Source: Mobula birostris
Lineage: Eukaryota
DNA length: 64,000 nucleotides
Direction: 5' to 3'
NCBI RefSeq assembly: GCF_030028105.1
Contig: NC_092374.1
Location: 27,041,016-27,105,015 of the forward strand
Each line of letters opens with the position of its first letter. Positions within the stretch are counted from its first letter, which is position 1. Below, one piece after another: positions 62,671-64,000 of this stretch. A program made the position numbers and the translations under genes. Under the pieces are notes generated by a model. It saw only the letters and a program-made list of their open reading frames with translations. It did not search any database and was not told where the DNA came from.

Positions 62671-64000
62671 TCTTGCTCCTGATCCACACCCAATTTCAGT
62701 TTTATTAAAGCACCTTGATTCCATAGTCATAGAGTCATTTAGTTGTACAGCACAGAATTGACCCTTCAGCCCACCATGTTCATACTGACCCTTATTCCCA
62801 TCTACATTTACTTGCACTCTTTCTGCATCATTTATGCCTTGGCTATTTACATCTGCCTGGGCACTAGACTCTTCGACTAATGGAAACATCCTCTCTACAT
62901 GTTACACATCACTTCTGATTTTCTTCATGAGATGAATCCATGACTGTGCTATGAATATTGGAAAGTGAACTCACTACTGGGCAAATGCCTTTCTAGAAAA
63001 AAAAAGACTTCTGTGCTGTTTTAATATGGAGGTCCATGTCACTTCATGTTTATGCTTTTGGCTATTATTTGGAAGAATAAACTGACCAGAGGTGAGCTTC
63101 AGACGATGGCAATTGAATACCATACGTATTAAGTTGCAAGTTACCTCAGTGGTTCCCTTTGACATCAACGAATATCCACATTCTCAGAGTGGGAAGCAAT
63201 ATTGAGGAGGCAAGGTACAAGGTAAGGTGGTCAGTGGACTCCTTTAGTAAATCACTTTTTTATTCTATCACAAAATTTCCATGTTATAAAAATTAGGGCA
63301 AATAGAAAATAATCCTTGTGATCATATTGGATAGGTTACAATGAGATACATAGTAGGGGGTTTAACTAATCTGTCTTTATTGAACCTATGGTATACATAG
63401 CCTTACAGAACTGAGTGGAATAGTTAGCAGATCAATTTCTGAAATAATCCAGGCTCCATTCGTCAATTTAATTGACAAATAAAGTAATACCTGCCAGACC
63501 CTTACAGATTACCGAGCATTATTTAGCTGGTTTGCTGACTCTGGAAAATTAGAGATAACATCTAGAGCAGTGCAGCTCTCCCCTGAACTTAAACCTCCTT
63601 GGGCAAAGTGTAATTTCTGTCTCAGGTATTGCATCTGCCATTCCGAAAGTTATGTCCACTCATTGTAAATCCAACAATTTAAAGCTAACTTGAAAGCTCT
63701 TAACTTCTGTCTAAGGTTACTGATGACACCTAAAACTGCTGTCAACCCAAACACGCAGTCAGCTTTGATATGGCACATTTGCAGATCGCTCTCCTCGGCT
63801 GCCATCCCGCCCCTACCCTCACAAAGTTTGTTTGGGATAATCCAGTAGGTAACTGATACTGACCAAGAAATTCTTGGAGAGATTCCTGGTGTCTGTTGAT
63901 CAGAGACTGCCAGCTATAATTAGCCTGAAATCCTTCAGGCCAAGGGTGGGGAATAATTGGGCTCCACTTCTGATCACTATCATGTGATATGTGTGAAGGG

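Noticed and set aside
54174-64000. Next WWC2 exon (expected ..SGSSSSTKYDPDILKAEI..)
   Set aside because: Not found by eye; probably beyond the window. Exon 1 was likewise not found upstream.

Overview
Eukaryotic, repeat-rich vertebrate DNA. The repeat families look elasmobranch (ray/shark); that is an inference. The only host coding sequence I can support is two + strand exons of a KIBRA/WWC-family Hippo scaffold gene, most similar to WWC2: exon 2 at 27929-28038 (second WW domain) and exon 3 at 53970-54173 (coiled-coil start). Both have canonical splice sites and compatible phases, so the rest of the window is intronic. The introns hold Rex1/Babar, CR1 and RTE LINE/SINE remnants, Penelope-like elements (PLEs), Tc1/mariner and hAT MITEs, a solo LTR, an R4/Dong-type fragment, a higher-order minisatellite and a 404-N gap. 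The most notable signal is a set of PLE termini carrying minimal hammerhead ribozyme motifs. One copy is fully intact and lies in the sense strand of the WWC2 pre-mRNA (47353-47390), and several short copies truncate or fold back within the ribozyme. PLE hammerheads are a known class, so any novelty lies in their local arrangement. I see no prokaryote-type system. Repeat family names come from recalled motifs, not database searches, and most repeat boundaries are approximate unless a TSD is given.
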